In this document: positions 28,088 through 38,337 of the stretch, piece after piece
Layout of the letters: every line of letters begins with the position of its first letter
Position numbering within the stretch: position 1 is the first letter of the stretch
Assembly: GCA_021734945.1 (NCBI GenBank)
Contig: JAIPIA010000001.1
Location: 4,465 to 68,464 of the forward strand
Direction: 5' to 3'
Length of the DNA stretch: 64,000 nucleotides
From: Minisyncoccota bacterium
GTDB taxonomy: Bacteria > Patescibacteriota > Minisyncoccia > Phycocordibacterales > CAIZLB01
The notes under the pieces: model-generated
Told to the model about the DNA's origin: nothing
The model's database searches: none
Seen by the model: the letters and a program-made list of their open reading frames with translations, nothing else
Translations under genes and position numbers: made by a program

Positions 28088-28672
28088 CTAAAACGGCAAA
28101 CTAAATGTCATCTTTGTACCGTCACTGTCCTCCCAGCCCGTAGTGTCTATATTGAATTCCACTATTTGCTCATTGTTTCGATAGTCTTTGTATTTGAGCT
28201 TTTTATTCTCGAGTGCATAGTCATGTACTTTCTTTGTAACTTTTACGTCATCAATACAGTATTTGATTATCTTTTCAATTTCACCTTTTTTCCACCACTC
28301 TACAGCTTCGAGACCGTTTCCACTTTTTCCAATACCTAGTGTTCCTTCTGCTATTGCGCCAAGGCCAACTCGATGACCGAGAGACTTACGAACCTCTTTG
28401 AGAAGATCCAAACTTTTCATCTTTAGAATGTCGCCTGAATAATATTTGTTAAGTAATGGCAAGTCAAAATGATCACCATTGAATGTGACTATGGTGTCTG
28501 CTTTTTCCAATATAGGCCAGAGCTTTGAAAGGTCTTCTTGTAAGTAACTTTCATATGTCTCATTGAAAGGATTATAAATACATACAACAGAAATATCTAA
28601 CAATGTTGGATCAGATTTTCCAACATCTTGAAAAATGTTTCTGGTTTCTATGTCTAGGTATACTTTTTTCAT
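28088..28672 (-). CDS. DEDD-type 3'-5' exonuclease, RNase H-like fold (YprB/PolB-exo-like)
   Basis: Motif I VYLDIETRN (D-x-E), FNGDHFDLPLL, C-terminal YCIDDV. 194 aa. Confidence 0.6.
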   Translation of the reverse strand: MKKVYLDIETRNIFQDVGKSDPTLLDISVVCIYNPFNETYESYLQEDLSKLWPILEKADTIVTFNGDHFDLPLLNKYYSGDILKMKSLDLLKEVRKSLGHRVGLGAIAEGTLGIGKSGNGLEAVEWWKKGEIEKIIKYCIDDVKVTKKVHDYALENKKLKYKDYRNNEQIVEFNIDTTGWEDSDGTKMTFSLPF

Positions 28673-28677
28673 CTTAT

Positions 28678-29946
28678 TTATTCCGTCTTTGCTAAATCCT
28701 TAATTGTATAAGTCTTTGATTTTACCTCATCTTCTCCAATTATAACAACTTGAGGAATAGAAAGTTTGCGTGCAGCTTTTGTTTGGTCGCTTATATTTTT
28801 GTAAGAATAGTTGAGCGCTACATTTGTTCCTTTTCCGTCAGCACCTCCTGTAGTACGGAGTTCGTTTGCAACTTCTTCAGCGTACGCTTTGCATTCTACA
28901 TCCATAATACAAATCATAATCTGTGTAGTTGATGTTTGTGCAGGAAGTAGTCCGTGAGTATCTAGAAAATCTCGAATAGTTACATCGCCCATACCAAAAC
29001 CAAATGCAGGAAGTGATTCGCCACCAAAAAGACTCATAAGGTTGTCATATCGTCCACCACCAAAAAGTGAACGATTGTTTGCAGGGTCTGTATCGAATAC
29101 TTCAAAGACAGTACCTGTATAGTAGTCGAATCCACGGATGATATTTTCATCATACTCAACATTTGTAACTCCTCGTGCTTGTAGAGATGAGATAACCAAA
29201 TCAAGTTCTTCTTTTGCTTGTCGAATAGCAGGGAAGGCCATTGCTTCTTCGTACTGTGAACTTGTGTGACTGAGATTTAGGAATTCAAAAGGCTTGCCAA
29301 CAATCTTTTCTGCTTCCATGTAGAATACTTCTTCAGGCATCTTAGCTTTTTTATCCATGTGTCGCTGAAGAGCTTTTGACTGAGCCTCATCAAGTTCATA
29401 CCATGTTCCAAACACAGCGTTCATGAGTTTTCGACTACTCACTTTAATAATAAAGTCAGAATTTTTAGCACCAAAATTTTTCATAATCTCATATGCAACT
29501 GCAATCAACTCTACATCAGCTTCTGTAGTTCCTAGACCAAACATATCCACGTTGAGTTGCCAGTGTTCTCGTAGTCGTCCACGCTGTGGTCTTTCGTATC
29601 GGAATACATTTGGAATTGAATACCATCGAAGAGGAAAGCCAAGCTCTCGTCGCTTGCCAGCAACCATACGTGCAACAGTTGGAGTCATTTCAGGTCGAAG
29701 TGTAACTTCTCGATCCCCTCGGTCTGTGAATGTATATGTTTGCTCATTTACAATTTCTTCACTTGTCTTTGCTTTATAAAGTTCTGCAGGTTCAAGAATA
29801 GAGGCGTTATATTCAGTAAAGCCAAATTTTTCAACAGTTTTTTTCCATACAGAAAATATATGGTTTTGGATGGCCATATCTTCTGGATAAAAATCTCGTA
29901 CGCCCTTGTAGGGTTCTGTACTTACATTGCTGTTGTTTTTTGACAT
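28678..29946 (-). CDS. hisS: histidine--tRNA ligase
   Basis: Class II motifs GVRDFYPED, TLRPEMTPTVAR, RWYSIPNVFRYERPQRGRLREHWQ, GGGRYDNL, and the anticodon-binding domain. Start taken as MSKNNSN. Confidence 0.92.
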   Translation of the reverse strand: MSKNNSNVSTEPYKGVRDFYPEDMAIQNHIFSVWKKTVEKFGFTEYNASILEPAELYKAKTSEEIVNEQTYTFTDRGDREVTLRPEMTPTVARMVAGKRRELGFPLRWYSIPNVFRYERPQRGRLREHWQLNVDMFGLGTTEADVELIAVAYEIMKNFGAKNSDFIIKVSSRKLMNAVFGTWYELDEAQSKALQRHMDKKAKMPEEVFYMEAEKIVGKPFEFLNLSHTSSQYEEAMAFPAIRQAKEELDLVISSLQARGVTNVEYDENIIRGFDYYTGTVFEVFDTDPANNRSLFGGGRYDNLMSLFGGESLPAFGFGMGDVTIRDFLDTHGLLPAQTSTTQIMICIMDVECKAYAEEVANELRTTGGADGKGTNVALNYSYKNISDQTKAARKLSIPQVVIIGEDEVKSKTYTIKDLAKTE

Positions 29947-29975
29947 AATACATACTATTCTAACGTATAATTCAA

Positions 29976-30884
29976 ATGAATGTAATCTCCAAAGACGAAT
30001 TAATACGTGGTCTTCTTGATACCTCTGCACTAGAGGGTGGTTTAGACGTTTCAGGGGTTGTTGCAGATTCTGTTCCAGAGGTAAAAGGGTCTTTGGTTCA
30101 TACTATTAAGGGGATAATCCCAGTGTATAAGGAGTGGGGTAAGACGCCTCTTGAAATGCTTAATTTGCTCAAGGAAAAATATCCAAGAATAGCAGATCTG
30201 CCTTTGAGTTATGCAGGGAGACTTGATCCTCTCGCAGAGGGACTCATGCTTGTACTTGTAGGTGATACAAATCAGGATAGGGAAAAATACCTACATCTCG
30301 ATAAGACATATGAAGTCGAAATTCTATTTGGAGTAAAGACAGATACGGGTGACTTGTTTGGTATTCCAGAAGTTGAAGGGCATGTTTCTAGCTCGTTTGA
30401 ATCTTCTTCTAATGATTTAGAAGAAATACTAAAATCTTTTGTAGGCAAACAGCAGTTTCCATATCCTGTGTATTCATCTAAAACTGTGCAGGGTAAACCT
30501 CTTTTTCAGTGGATGAATGAAGGTAAAATAAGTGAGATTGAAATTCCTAAGACAGATGTCGAAATTTATTCGATTAAGACCTTAGGTAAATTACAGAACA
30601 TAAACGGCACAGCAATTTTAGAAAAAATTGAGAACTCACTTAAGATTGTAAAAGGAGATTTTAGATATAAAGAAATAGAGGAAGGATGGAATACTCTTCT
30701 TAGTGAAAAAGTGTGTCAGAATTTTTATACACTAAAAATTGAATGTTCATGTTCATCAGGTACGTATATGAGAGTTCTTGCTGAAGAAATCGGTAAGAAA
30801 GTTGATATGCCTTCTTTGGCGTATTCAATACGCCGAACACTGGTTGGGGAAGTTGATATTGTTAAAGCTATACATATTGTGTAG
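29976..30884 (+). CDS. truB: tRNA pseudouridine(55) synthase TruB, with an unusual ~45-aa N-terminal extension
   Basis: KEWGKTPLEML (substrate-binding motif), catalytic-Asp motif AGRLDPLAEGLMLVLVGDTNQ, KTYEVEILFGVKTDTGD. Only about 29 nt separate it from the divergent hisS start. Confidence 0.85.
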   Translation: MNVISKDELIRGLLDTSALEGGLDVSGVVADSVPEVKGSLVHTIKGIIPVYKEWGKTPLEMLNLLKEKYPRIADLPLSYAGRLDPLAEGLMLVLVGDTNQDREKYLHLDKTYEVEILFGVKTDTGDLFGIPEVEGHVSSSFESSSNDLEEILKSFVGKQQFPYPVYSSKTVQGKPLFQWMNEGKISEIEIPKTDVEIYSIKTLGKLQNINGTAILEKIENSLKIVKGDFRYKEIEEGWNTLLSEKVCQNFYTLKIECSCSSGTYMRVLAEEIGKKVDMPSLAYSIRRTLVGEVDIVKAIHIV

Positions 30885-30965
30885 TAAATACTTGTAGTCG
30901 TTTGCACTGGTTTTTTTTTATTTTTTATTTATCTGTACATCATGTCTCCTTGCTAGGATGCTGAT

Positions 30966-32054
30966 ATGCCCAAAGATGCTTCAGTTCTATCTGCTTCAAG
31001 TGATGTATCAATAAAACATATTGAGTATGTTGCTTCGTATATTGATGAACTTATTTCGTCTGCCTGTAGGATGGATGTGAGCGACATACATATAGATCCA
31101 AAAGCTGAGTATACCGATGTGAAGTTTCGTATCGCAGGTAAATTACTACTGCACGATAGATTTAAAAAGGATTCTCATGAGGAGTTTGTCGGTCGGATCA
31201 AGATTCTTTCAAAGATGCGAACAGACGTACATGATAAAAACCAAGATGGTCGTTTCTATTTTGATAATGAATCAGTTGATAAAGATCAGGGAACTAAGTC
31301 AGGGCACTCCGTCGAGCGTATTGACCTTCGTGTTTCAATATTACCCACTTTTTTCGGTGAAAATATTGTCATACGAGTTTTGCGCCCAGAGCTTCAACGT
31401 GACAAGAGGCTGGTTGATTTAGGCATATCAGAAGAACAATCGACACATATATTGGAGGCTGTTGGTCGTGAACAGGGAATCATAATTATTGCTGGACCAA
31501 CAGGTTCTGGTAAAACAACAACTATATATACAATACTGTCACACCTTTCTAAATTAAATAAAAATATAGTTACATTAGAAGATCCGATAGAGTATGTCGT
31601 TCCTGGTATCAGACAGGTTCAGATTTCCGAACCTGCAGACTTTGGTTTCAGCAAAGCACTTCGTGCACTGCTTCGGCAAGACCCAGATATTATTATCATT
31701 GGAGAGATACGAGACAGTGATACAGCAAATCTGGCTTTTCAGGCCTCACTTACTGGGCATTTAGTTATTACAACCATTCATGCCGAGGATTGCGCGGGTG
31801 TTTATTCTAGGCTTTCAAATCTTGGAGTGAGTAAGGATATGATGCACTCACTTACATTGATGATGAGCCAGCGTCTGATTGAGACGGCTGATCATAGACG
31901 TAGAGGTGTCTTTGAAGTCATACCAGTTGAAGGAAAAGCAAAAGTAACTCTGTTCCAAAATACATTTCCAGAATACATACGTAAAGCTTTGCAAAAGCAA
32001 GGTGTACTTTTACTTGAGGACTCACTTAAAAATATAAGAGAAAATCATGAGTAA
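30966..32054 (+). CDS. type II secretion/type IV pilus assembly ATPase, GspE/PilB/ComGA family (short form)
   Basis: Walker A IIIAGPTGSGKTTTIYTIL, Asp box TLEDPIEYVVPGIRQVQ, Walker B DPDIIIIGEIRD, His box TTIHAED. Confidence 0.85.
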   Translation: MPKDASVLSASSDVSIKHIEYVASYIDELISSACRMDVSDIHIDPKAEYTDVKFRIAGKLLLHDRFKKDSHEEFVGRIKILSKMRTDVHDKNQDGRFYFDNESVDKDQGTKSGHSVERIDLRVSILPTFFGENIVIRVLRPELQRDKRLVDLGISEEQSTHILEAVGREQGIIIIAGPTGSGKTTTIYTILSHLSKLNKNIVTLEDPIEYVVPGIRQVQISEPADFGFSKALRALLRQDPDIIIIGEIRDSDTANLAFQASLTGHLVITTIHAEDCAGVYSRLSNLGVSKDMMHSLTLMMSQRLIETADHRRRGVFEVIPVEGKAKVTLFQNTFPEYIRKALQKQGVLLLEDSLKNIRENHE

Positions 32055-33111
32055 GTCACTGCAACATATTTTCAAATACCTTTCGATATATATTAGCGCT
32101 TCTTTAGACATTAGTACTTCGATTGATCTTGTGTGCAAAAGATTAAAGCATAAAAAGATTCTATCTATATTTAAGGAAATTCAAGAAAAAATTAAGGAAG
32201 GCAAAAGCTTTAAAGATGCTTGCATTGTTCTCAAAAATGAGAAAATGCTGGATGGTGTAGCGTGGTCACTGCTTAGTTCTGCAGAGCATGGTGGAAATAT
32301 TTCTGGTGCATGTTTATCAATCTCGAAGCATTTAGATGAACAGTCCAAAATCAAATCGTCACTTGTCGGCGCGCTGGCATATCCAGTAGGTATGTTTGTT
32401 GCATCTATTTTGATGGTTTTGTTTTTGATAACAATTGCTTTTCCAAAAATTATCCCATTATTCAAGTCTATGAACGCACCTATACCAGCCACTACTCAGT
32501 TTTTACTTAATATTTCTTCATTTATTTCTAATTGGGGCGTTTATGTATTGATGTTGTCCGCAGGTGTCTTAGCGGTTTGTTCAAGGCTGTATTACAAGGA
32601 AAATACTTTCAAATTCAGGGTACAGTTCTGTATCCTTAAAGTACCTATTATTTCCAAAATATTGCTTTTCAAAGAATACGTAAACATTGCATCTTCCATT
32701 TCATTACTTCTCAAAAACAACAAAACACTAGAGGAGTCTATCTTGGTTGCTATGGAGTCATGTGTTTATGTTCCTATAGTTGTCGAATTGAATTCAATTC
32801 TTCAAAATATTGTGTCAGGTCAAAAAATATCAGCCGCGTTCGACTTAACTTTAAGTAAAGGTAAGGGACATTCTTTCTTTTCGGAAGAGTGGATTGATTT
32901 GATAAGTGTCGGAGAGATAACAGGTTCATTACCTCAGTCGTTTGGGGATATATCTAACTTACACGCAACTCGATACAAAGACGCAGTACAGGTACTCATG
33001 CGTAGCTCTGAACCGATCGCGCTGTGTTGCACTGCTGTGGTCGTCCTTTTTATTGCTCTTTCGGTGGTTACTCCTATGTATTCCATTATTCAACAGGTTC
33101 AAGGGCAATAA
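32047..33111 (+). CDS. type IV pilus/T2SS platform protein, GspF/PilC/ComGB family
   Basis: 354 aa. Two GspF-like repeats with three TM segments. Overlaps the ATPase gene by 8 nt, indicating operon coupling. Confidence 0.8.
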   Translation: MSKSLQHIFKYLSIYISASLDISTSIDLVCKRLKHKKILSIFKEIQEKIKEGKSFKDACIVLKNEKMLDGVAWSLLSSAEHGGNISGACLSISKHLDEQSKIKSSLVGALAYPVGMFVASILMVLFLITIAFPKIIPLFKSMNAPIPATTQFLLNISSFISNWGVYVLMLSAGVLAVCSRLYYKENTFKFRVQFCILKVPIISKILLFKEYVNIASSISLLLKNNKTLEESILVAMESCVYVPIVVELNSILQNIVSGQKISAAFDLTLSKGKGHSFFSEEWIDLISVGEITGSLPQSFGDISNLHATRYKDAVQVLMRSSEPIALCCTAVVVLFIALSVVTPMYSIIQQVQGQ

Positions 33112-33126
33112 TTAAATCAATATAAA

Positions 33127-34560
33127 ATGCAGAGTACAAATTTAAATGGATGTTGTAGAAATAGCAGAGGTCTCAGTATTTTGGAAGTTCTTATTGCTGT
33201 CGCGATTGTTTCTTTTGTATTTATTCCAGCAGTGGAAATTTTGTATTCAATACAACCCAAAAGTATTTTAGAAATATTGAGTAGTAATAGCGCTACGAAA
33301 AATCAATATTTAAAGAAGCTAGTGTTCGAAAGAGGGGACTTAGAAGTTATTTCTGGAAAGGGAGGTGTTTGGAAATCATATTCAAATTCAAATACATTAT
33401 TTACAAAGCAATCCTGTACAGATTTTAATCCAATAGGTTTTAATAGTACAACTCAAGATGGAGGTGTATCACAAGGTGGGTCTATAAAACCTCTTCTCTA
33501 TACATACACCAAAGAGGAATTAGGTATTAGCACAACTACTATACTGACTGGCACTGCCATTATTGGTCAAAATTTATATATAAGCGCAGATTCATCTAGT
33601 ACTACTGAGCCTGACATACTTGTTTACAATATTTCCTCAGACTTGTATAGCTCCGCTAGTGTTTTCACAATAGGGAATCACAATACTTTTAGACCAACAC
33701 TCACATTACTTCAATCAAAAGAGACAGGGCCAGGTATCTCATCTATTCAAAGTAGGGGAAAATATCTTGTTGCATCAAACACAAGTGTAAAAAGTCAGGT
33801 AGATATATTTGATACAAGCTTATCAAAACAAATGTCACTTACTATTCTAGGATCAAACAGTAGTACCACTCCACTTACAAAAGTCGTACTACACGCCAAC
33901 AATATGATTGTCGTGGGTACAGAAAAAAGCGTTTTACCTGAGATACATATATTTGATATTAATTCAGGTAATGTTGTGCGCACAGTAGAAACTGGTTATG
34001 GAATAAACGATATGGTAGTTAACAATAATTTATTAATTGTTGCGGGGCCTCGCGACCCAGAGATTGAAGTATTTGAGTTGAGTACAGGTCAGAAAATCGG
34101 ACAATATGATCTGCCTGGAGGTTCTGGAAATGCAAAAGTTTTATTACCTTTTGGTGATTTACTATATGTCGCTAGGACAAAAGGTGGAAATGAATTTGTC
34201 GTTCTTGATATGAGTGGAGGCATCCAAGATTTAACAAATTCTACGCCAGAGTCTAGAAATATAATTTTTACTGAAATTGCAAATCAAAAAATTAATTGGA
34301 GTGTGGATACAATGCTCACTTATGAACAATTTGTTCCACTGTTTTCAGCCGATGAGTATAAAGAATTTCAGTTATATAAGATCTCAGATACAAATCAAAT
34401 TCAATTACTTGCAACACTCGATTTACCTGCCCGAGTTACAAGTGCAATGTGCTTTAAGAATACAATATGGACCACATTTAGAGATCCTGAATTTTTTAAT
34501 ACTAATCCATCGAACACCTCTGCACAGACATTAGGTTTGATTATATTTAATATTCAATGA
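33127..34560 (+). CDS. large prepilin-like protein (477 aa) with class III signal peptide; possible minor pilin or tip adhesin
   Basis: N-terminal RG|LSILEVLIAVAIVSFVF, with Glu at +5 after the predicted prepilin-peptidase cleavage site. Long beta-rich C-terminal domain. Confidence 0.6.
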   Translation: MQSTNLNGCCRNSRGLSILEVLIAVAIVSFVFIPAVEILYSIQPKSILEILSSNSATKNQYLKKLVFERGDLEVISGKGGVWKSYSNSNTLFTKQSCTDFNPIGFNSTTQDGGVSQGGSIKPLLYTYTKEELGISTTTILTGTAIIGQNLYISADSSSTTEPDILVYNISSDLYSSASVFTIGNHNTFRPTLTLLQSKETGPGISSIQSRGKYLVASNTSVKSQVDIFDTSLSKQMSLTILGSNSSTTPLTKVVLHANNMIVVGTEKSVLPEIHIFDINSGNVVRTVETGYGINDMVVNNNLLIVAGPRDPEIEVFELSTGQKIGQYDLPGGSGNAKVLLPFGDLLYVARTKGGNEFVVLDMSGGIQDLTNSTPESRNIIFTEIANQKINWSVDTMLTYEQFVPLFSADEYKEFQLYKISDTNQIQLLATLDLPARVTSAMCFKNTIWTTFRDPEFFNTNPSNTSAQTLGLIIFNIQ

Positions 34561-34588
34561 ATTAAGTCCAGTAAAAATTAAAATTACA

Positions 34589-35062
34589 ATGTATAAAAGA
34601 ATGATTAAAAATAGAGCAGGACTGTCTTCGTTGAATAAGCAGGGTATTACTTTATTGGAGGTCCTTCTATATATTGCGATTTTTACAGTACTTTGCGTCT
34701 CAGTAGTGTATCTATATATTTCTATCAGTAAGGCTGCAAATGATGTAAAAACAAGTATTAAGCGGGCAGAGATTGCATTCTTTGTGTACGAAATATCAAG
34801 ACATAAGATTGACACGCAAGGGCCATTTACTCCAGACCTGTTAACAGTTGAGGACTTTTCTAGAGTACTAAAATATTATCCAAATATAAATATGAAAGAA
34901 ATTCAAGTTGAGCTAGTGGATGTTAATAATAGCAATAGCGGTAACAATAATTTGGCGGCAGTAAATCAGCGTGCAAAGATTACGTATAAAATTGCTTTCA
35001 AGGGGGTAAATAGACTATCTGAAAAAATATTTCTTCACACATTCTATATTGATTTGCTGTAA
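34589..35062 (+). CDS. type IV pilin-like / pseudopilin (157 aa)
   Basis: N-terminal KQG|ITLLEVLLYIAIFTVLCV prepilin cleavage/methylation motif, with Glu at +5. Confidence 0.6.
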   Translation: MYKRMIKNRAGLSSLNKQGITLLEVLLYIAIFTVLCVSVVYLYISISKAANDVKTSIKRAEIAFFVYEISRHKIDTQGPFTPDLLTVEDFSRVLKYYPNINMKEIQVELVDVNNSNSGNNNLAAVNQRAKITYKIAFKGVNRLSEKIFLHTFYIDLL

Positions 35063-35138
35063 TGTACATTAAAAATGTGGATTAAATTTAATTACTCGCA
35101 AACACCCACATATCTATTTATGTTATTATATTCCTAAT

Positions 35139-35858
35139 ATGACATACGGATATCAACAAGGTGGAAGTTATGGTAGCCACAAGCAAGCTCTTGGCTTCGA
35201 TGCTGGTGCTTCTGAACGAATGCGAATGGATGCTGCAATAAAAGAGCAACATCGAGTAGAAAGAGAGCGCGCAAAACTACAATTAAAGGATGTCGAGCAA
35301 AAATTTGAACATAATAAAACTGAAATATCGCACAAGGAGGTAGAAGCACGGCGCCTCATTGCGGAAATTACACATGCAATGCATGAACTTCAAGAGTTTG
35401 AACGAACAGTAAAACTAATGGTAGACAAAGAGCATACGACAAAGATACAGATTAGTGATACAGGTACAAAAATTCAAGATGCTCAAAGGCAAGAAATTCA
35501 AAAGAAAAAAGATCTTGAGCTACTGAATCGTGACATTGAGCAAATAGAAAGACAAATATCATTGCTTCAGCAAAAACTTAATGACCATAAAAAGCATACA
35601 TATGATTTAAGTATTGAAATTCAAAAATTATCAGTACTCATCAAGCAACTTGAAAGCCTTGAGAATAAAGAGCAGGCAGATGTATCTCACGTAAGGTCAG
35701 AAGCACAGTATAAAGCAAAAGATTTAGATACAAAAAAACGAGCTATTCAGACTATGGATCAGAAGCGTATGCGAGAGATTGGTGAAATAGATAGATTAAA
35801 GCAAGAAAATGTCCATCTAGAAAATGAAATCCGACAGCTCGAAATAAAAGCAAAATAA
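35139..35858 (+). CDS. hypothetical coiled-coil protein
   Basis: 239 aa. Almost entirely charged heptad repeats (E/K/Q/L-rich) after a Gly-rich N-terminus. Confidence 0.5.
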   Translation: MTYGYQQGGSYGSHKQALGFDAGASERMRMDAAIKEQHRVERERAKLQLKDVEQKFEHNKTEISHKEVEARRLIAEITHAMHELQEFERTVKLMVDKEHTTKIQISDTGTKIQDAQRQEIQKKKDLELLNRDIEQIERQISLLQQKLNDHKKHTYDLSIEIQKLSVLIKQLESLENKEQADVSHVRSEAQYKAKDLDTKKRAIQTMDQKRMREIGEIDRLKQENVHLENEIRQLEIKAK

Positions 35859-35879
35859 TAGCAGGATTTGCAAACGGGC

Positions 35880-37484
35880 TTAGATTAAACTCTTTCCTGT
35901 CATCGTACTCGGCTTTTCAATTTCAAAATATGAGAGAATTGTCGGGGTAATATCCGCAAGTGTTCCATAAATACCTTTTTCATGTGCTTCAGCGGTGAGG
36001 CTCGCTGGTTTGAGCACGGTGTCTTTATCTGTAAATACAGCAGGAACTGGGTTGATAGTGTGAGCTGTGTGCTTGTCGCCAGTTGTCTGGTCGACGTTTA
36101 CTTCGGCATTTCCATGATCAGCTGTTACAAAAGCTATAGCCTGATTTGGTCGAGCTTTGAGGGCATCAAGTACTCGTCCCAGTTGTGTATCTACAGTCTC
36201 TACAGCTTTGATAATGGCAGGAACATTTGCAGTGTGCCCAACCATGTCAGGGTTTGCAAAGTTTATGAAAATAAAATTCATACCTGCGTTTATTTCCTCT
36301 ATAGCTTTATCAGCGATGGCTTCGGCACGCATCTCAGGTGCTTGGTCATGTGTCTGTACATCTTTTCGACTTGCAAGAAGAATATGTTTTTCGCCATCAT
36401 ATGGTTTTTCAACCCCACCGTTTAGGAAATACGTAGCATGGGGAAATTTTTCTGTCTCCGCAATGTGCGCTTGAGTAAATCCTGCGCCAGCAAGTTCTTT
36501 TGCAAGAGTTGTTTCAATGAGAGCAGGTGGAAAAGCAATGAGACATCCAGCTTCAGCACTGTATTCACTTCCATATGAAGTCAACGTTGCAAATCGTACG
36601 TTGTTGAGAGGTTGATCATGATCACCACGGATTTTTTCAAGCATTTTCATAGAAAGCATTCGTGCACGGTCTGCCCGGAAGTTGAAGAAGAATACTCCAT
36701 CATTGTCTGCGATATTACAACCCATTCCGTCTGGTGCTGGACAAACCATTGGTTCAAGATGCTCGTCAACTTTTCCATCTTTGTACAGTTGTTTCAAAAA
36801 TTCTGATGGTTTAATTTCACAGATGTGACCTTTTGATTCGAAAAGAGCTTGTTCAACTTTTGAAAGTCGATCCCAGTTATTATCTCGATCCATTGCAAAG
36901 AATCGCCCTGAAACTGTGGCGATAAAACTCATGTGAGTTTCGTCATTTATTTCAATAAGCAGTCGCTCAAGATCTTCAAGATATTGTGCTGCACTTTGTG
37001 GAGGTGTATCACGTCCATCAGTAAATACATGAAGTGCAACTTTTTTGATACCAGCATTTTTTGCAGCTCTGATAAATGCAAAGAGGTGATCAGAATGACT
37101 ATGTACTCCACCTTCACCAATCAAACCTTGAACATGTAGCGTCGATGTATTATCGAGAACATGTTTGAAAAGGGTAGTGAATGCAGGGTTTGTATCATAC
37201 TCACCACTAACGATAGCTTTTTTTATTCGCACTAAGTCTGTGTCGATAGCTTTTCCAGCACCAATAGTTGTGTGACCAATTTCACTATTTCCCATTTGAC
37301 CCTCAGGTAGACCAACAGCCAACCCACTTGCCTCGAGAAGTGTGTGCGGATACTCATTCCAAATACGATTGAAAACTGGAGTTTGCGCAGCTGCTACTGC
37401 ATTATCTTTTGAATCTTCTCGATAGCCCCAACCATCGAGGACGATAATGAGTGCTTGTCTGTCTTTAGGGTTTGTTTTTGTCAT
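35880..37484 (-). CDS. gpmI: 2,3-bisphosphoglycerate-independent phosphoglycerate mutase
   Basis: LIIVLDGWGYRED, MGNSEIGHTTIGAG, ADHGN and other iPGM blocks. 534 aa. Confidence 0.92.
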   Translation of the reverse strand: MTKTNPKDRQALIIVLDGWGYREDSKDNAVAAAQTPVFNRIWNEYPHTLLEASGLAVGLPEGQMGNSEIGHTTIGAGKAIDTDLVRIKKAIVSGEYDTNPAFTTLFKHVLDNTSTLHVQGLIGEGGVHSHSDHLFAFIRAAKNAGIKKVALHVFTDGRDTPPQSAAQYLEDLERLLIEINDETHMSFIATVSGRFFAMDRDNNWDRLSKVEQALFESKGHICEIKPSEFLKQLYKDGKVDEHLEPMVCPAPDGMGCNIADNDGVFFFNFRADRARMLSMKMLEKIRGDHDQPLNNVRFATLTSYGSEYSAEAGCLIAFPPALIETTLAKELAGAGFTQAHIAETEKFPHATYFLNGGVEKPYDGEKHILLASRKDVQTHDQAPEMRAEAIADKAIEEINAGMNFIFINFANPDMVGHTANVPAIIKAVETVDTQLGRVLDALKARPNQAIAFVTADHGNAEVNVDQTTGDKHTAHTINPVPAVFTDKDTVLKPASLTAEAHEKGIYGTLADITPTILSYFEIEKPSTMTGKSLI

Positions 37485-37644
37485 TTTGGGTTGAAAATTC
37501 GGATTGGTTATTGAATGGCCGAAATTACGGCCTATGCCCTTATTTGGCTGAATAATATAAGGGAGATTATACAGGATTTACAAGATTTGAGAAAAGAGTA
37601 GGATAAACGAAAACCGTGGGCAAAAGTGCCTAACATTACGGTCT

Positions 37645-38244
37645 TTGACAGTTAAAATTCAAAACACACTTTTTCCCATGACTAAGAAACCTTTTGTTAT
37701 TCCTACCTTTCTGAAGCAAGTGATTTTTGCCGTTCTTCCAATGAATGGTTACCGAGCTTGTGACCTGATTACGCTCTTCCAGAGAGGAATCGAAACCGCC
37801 CGAGGAGTCGGCCAACATATCAATTCTGATGATACCATTACTGGAGGCGTTCAGATCTTTTCTTCGGAAACTGGTATGTTCAGCGCCTACGCTGCTGTGT
37901 TGGCCTCATATTGCCAAGATAAGTGGCGGATTGCTGACTATCCGTATGCTACCATCCCTATGACTGGACTCGTGGCGTCAGAAGATCCTGGTGACGAGCC
38001 ACGAATGGAATTCCTGAGAGGCTTGATGCCACCACCCTCGATGGAGACACAATGCCTTGTTCTTGTCGTCAGTGAGGCACAAAGTCTTGTGATGCCAAAT
38101 GCTTTATGCCAGCTCGCTGGATTTCCACAGAGGTACGATGAGTTTAAGAATGGTGTTTTGTCGCCGTACCGTTTCCTCAGTGTTACGGTGGATATGCAAA
38201 CCGGCGGGGTCAGCTTCGTAAAGAATGAAAAGGCAGACTGGTGA
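37645..38244 (+). CDS. hypothetical protein in a locally GC-rich segment (possible horizontal acquisition); start possibly at 37678
   Basis: 199-aa ORF. GC is visibly higher than the flanks. No recognisable motifs. Confidence 0.35.
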   Translation: MTVKIQNTLFPMTKKPFVIPTFLKQVIFAVLPMNGYRACDLITLFQRGIETARGVGQHINSDDTITGGVQIFSSETGMFSAYAAVLASYCQDKWRIADYPYATIPMTGLVASEDPGDEPRMEFLRGLMPPPSMETQCLVLVVSEAQSLVMPNALCQLAGFPQRYDEFKNGVLSPYRFLSVTVDMQTGGVSFVKNEKADW

Positions 38245-38337
38245 AGATAATTTAATCACCTCCTACATTCTTAGAATGCTCAAAATGGGTCGCTTTAGTT
38301 TAAAGACTGTGGCGCCTTTTTGTTTATTTAATAAAAA

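Noticed and set aside
36157-36474. Plus-strand ORFs (35982..36425, 36157..36474, 36612..36806) inside gpmI, and similar ORFs inside eno, hisS, the helicase, KAP and P-type ATPase genes
   Set aside because: These are antisense or out of frame within strongly supported CDSs.
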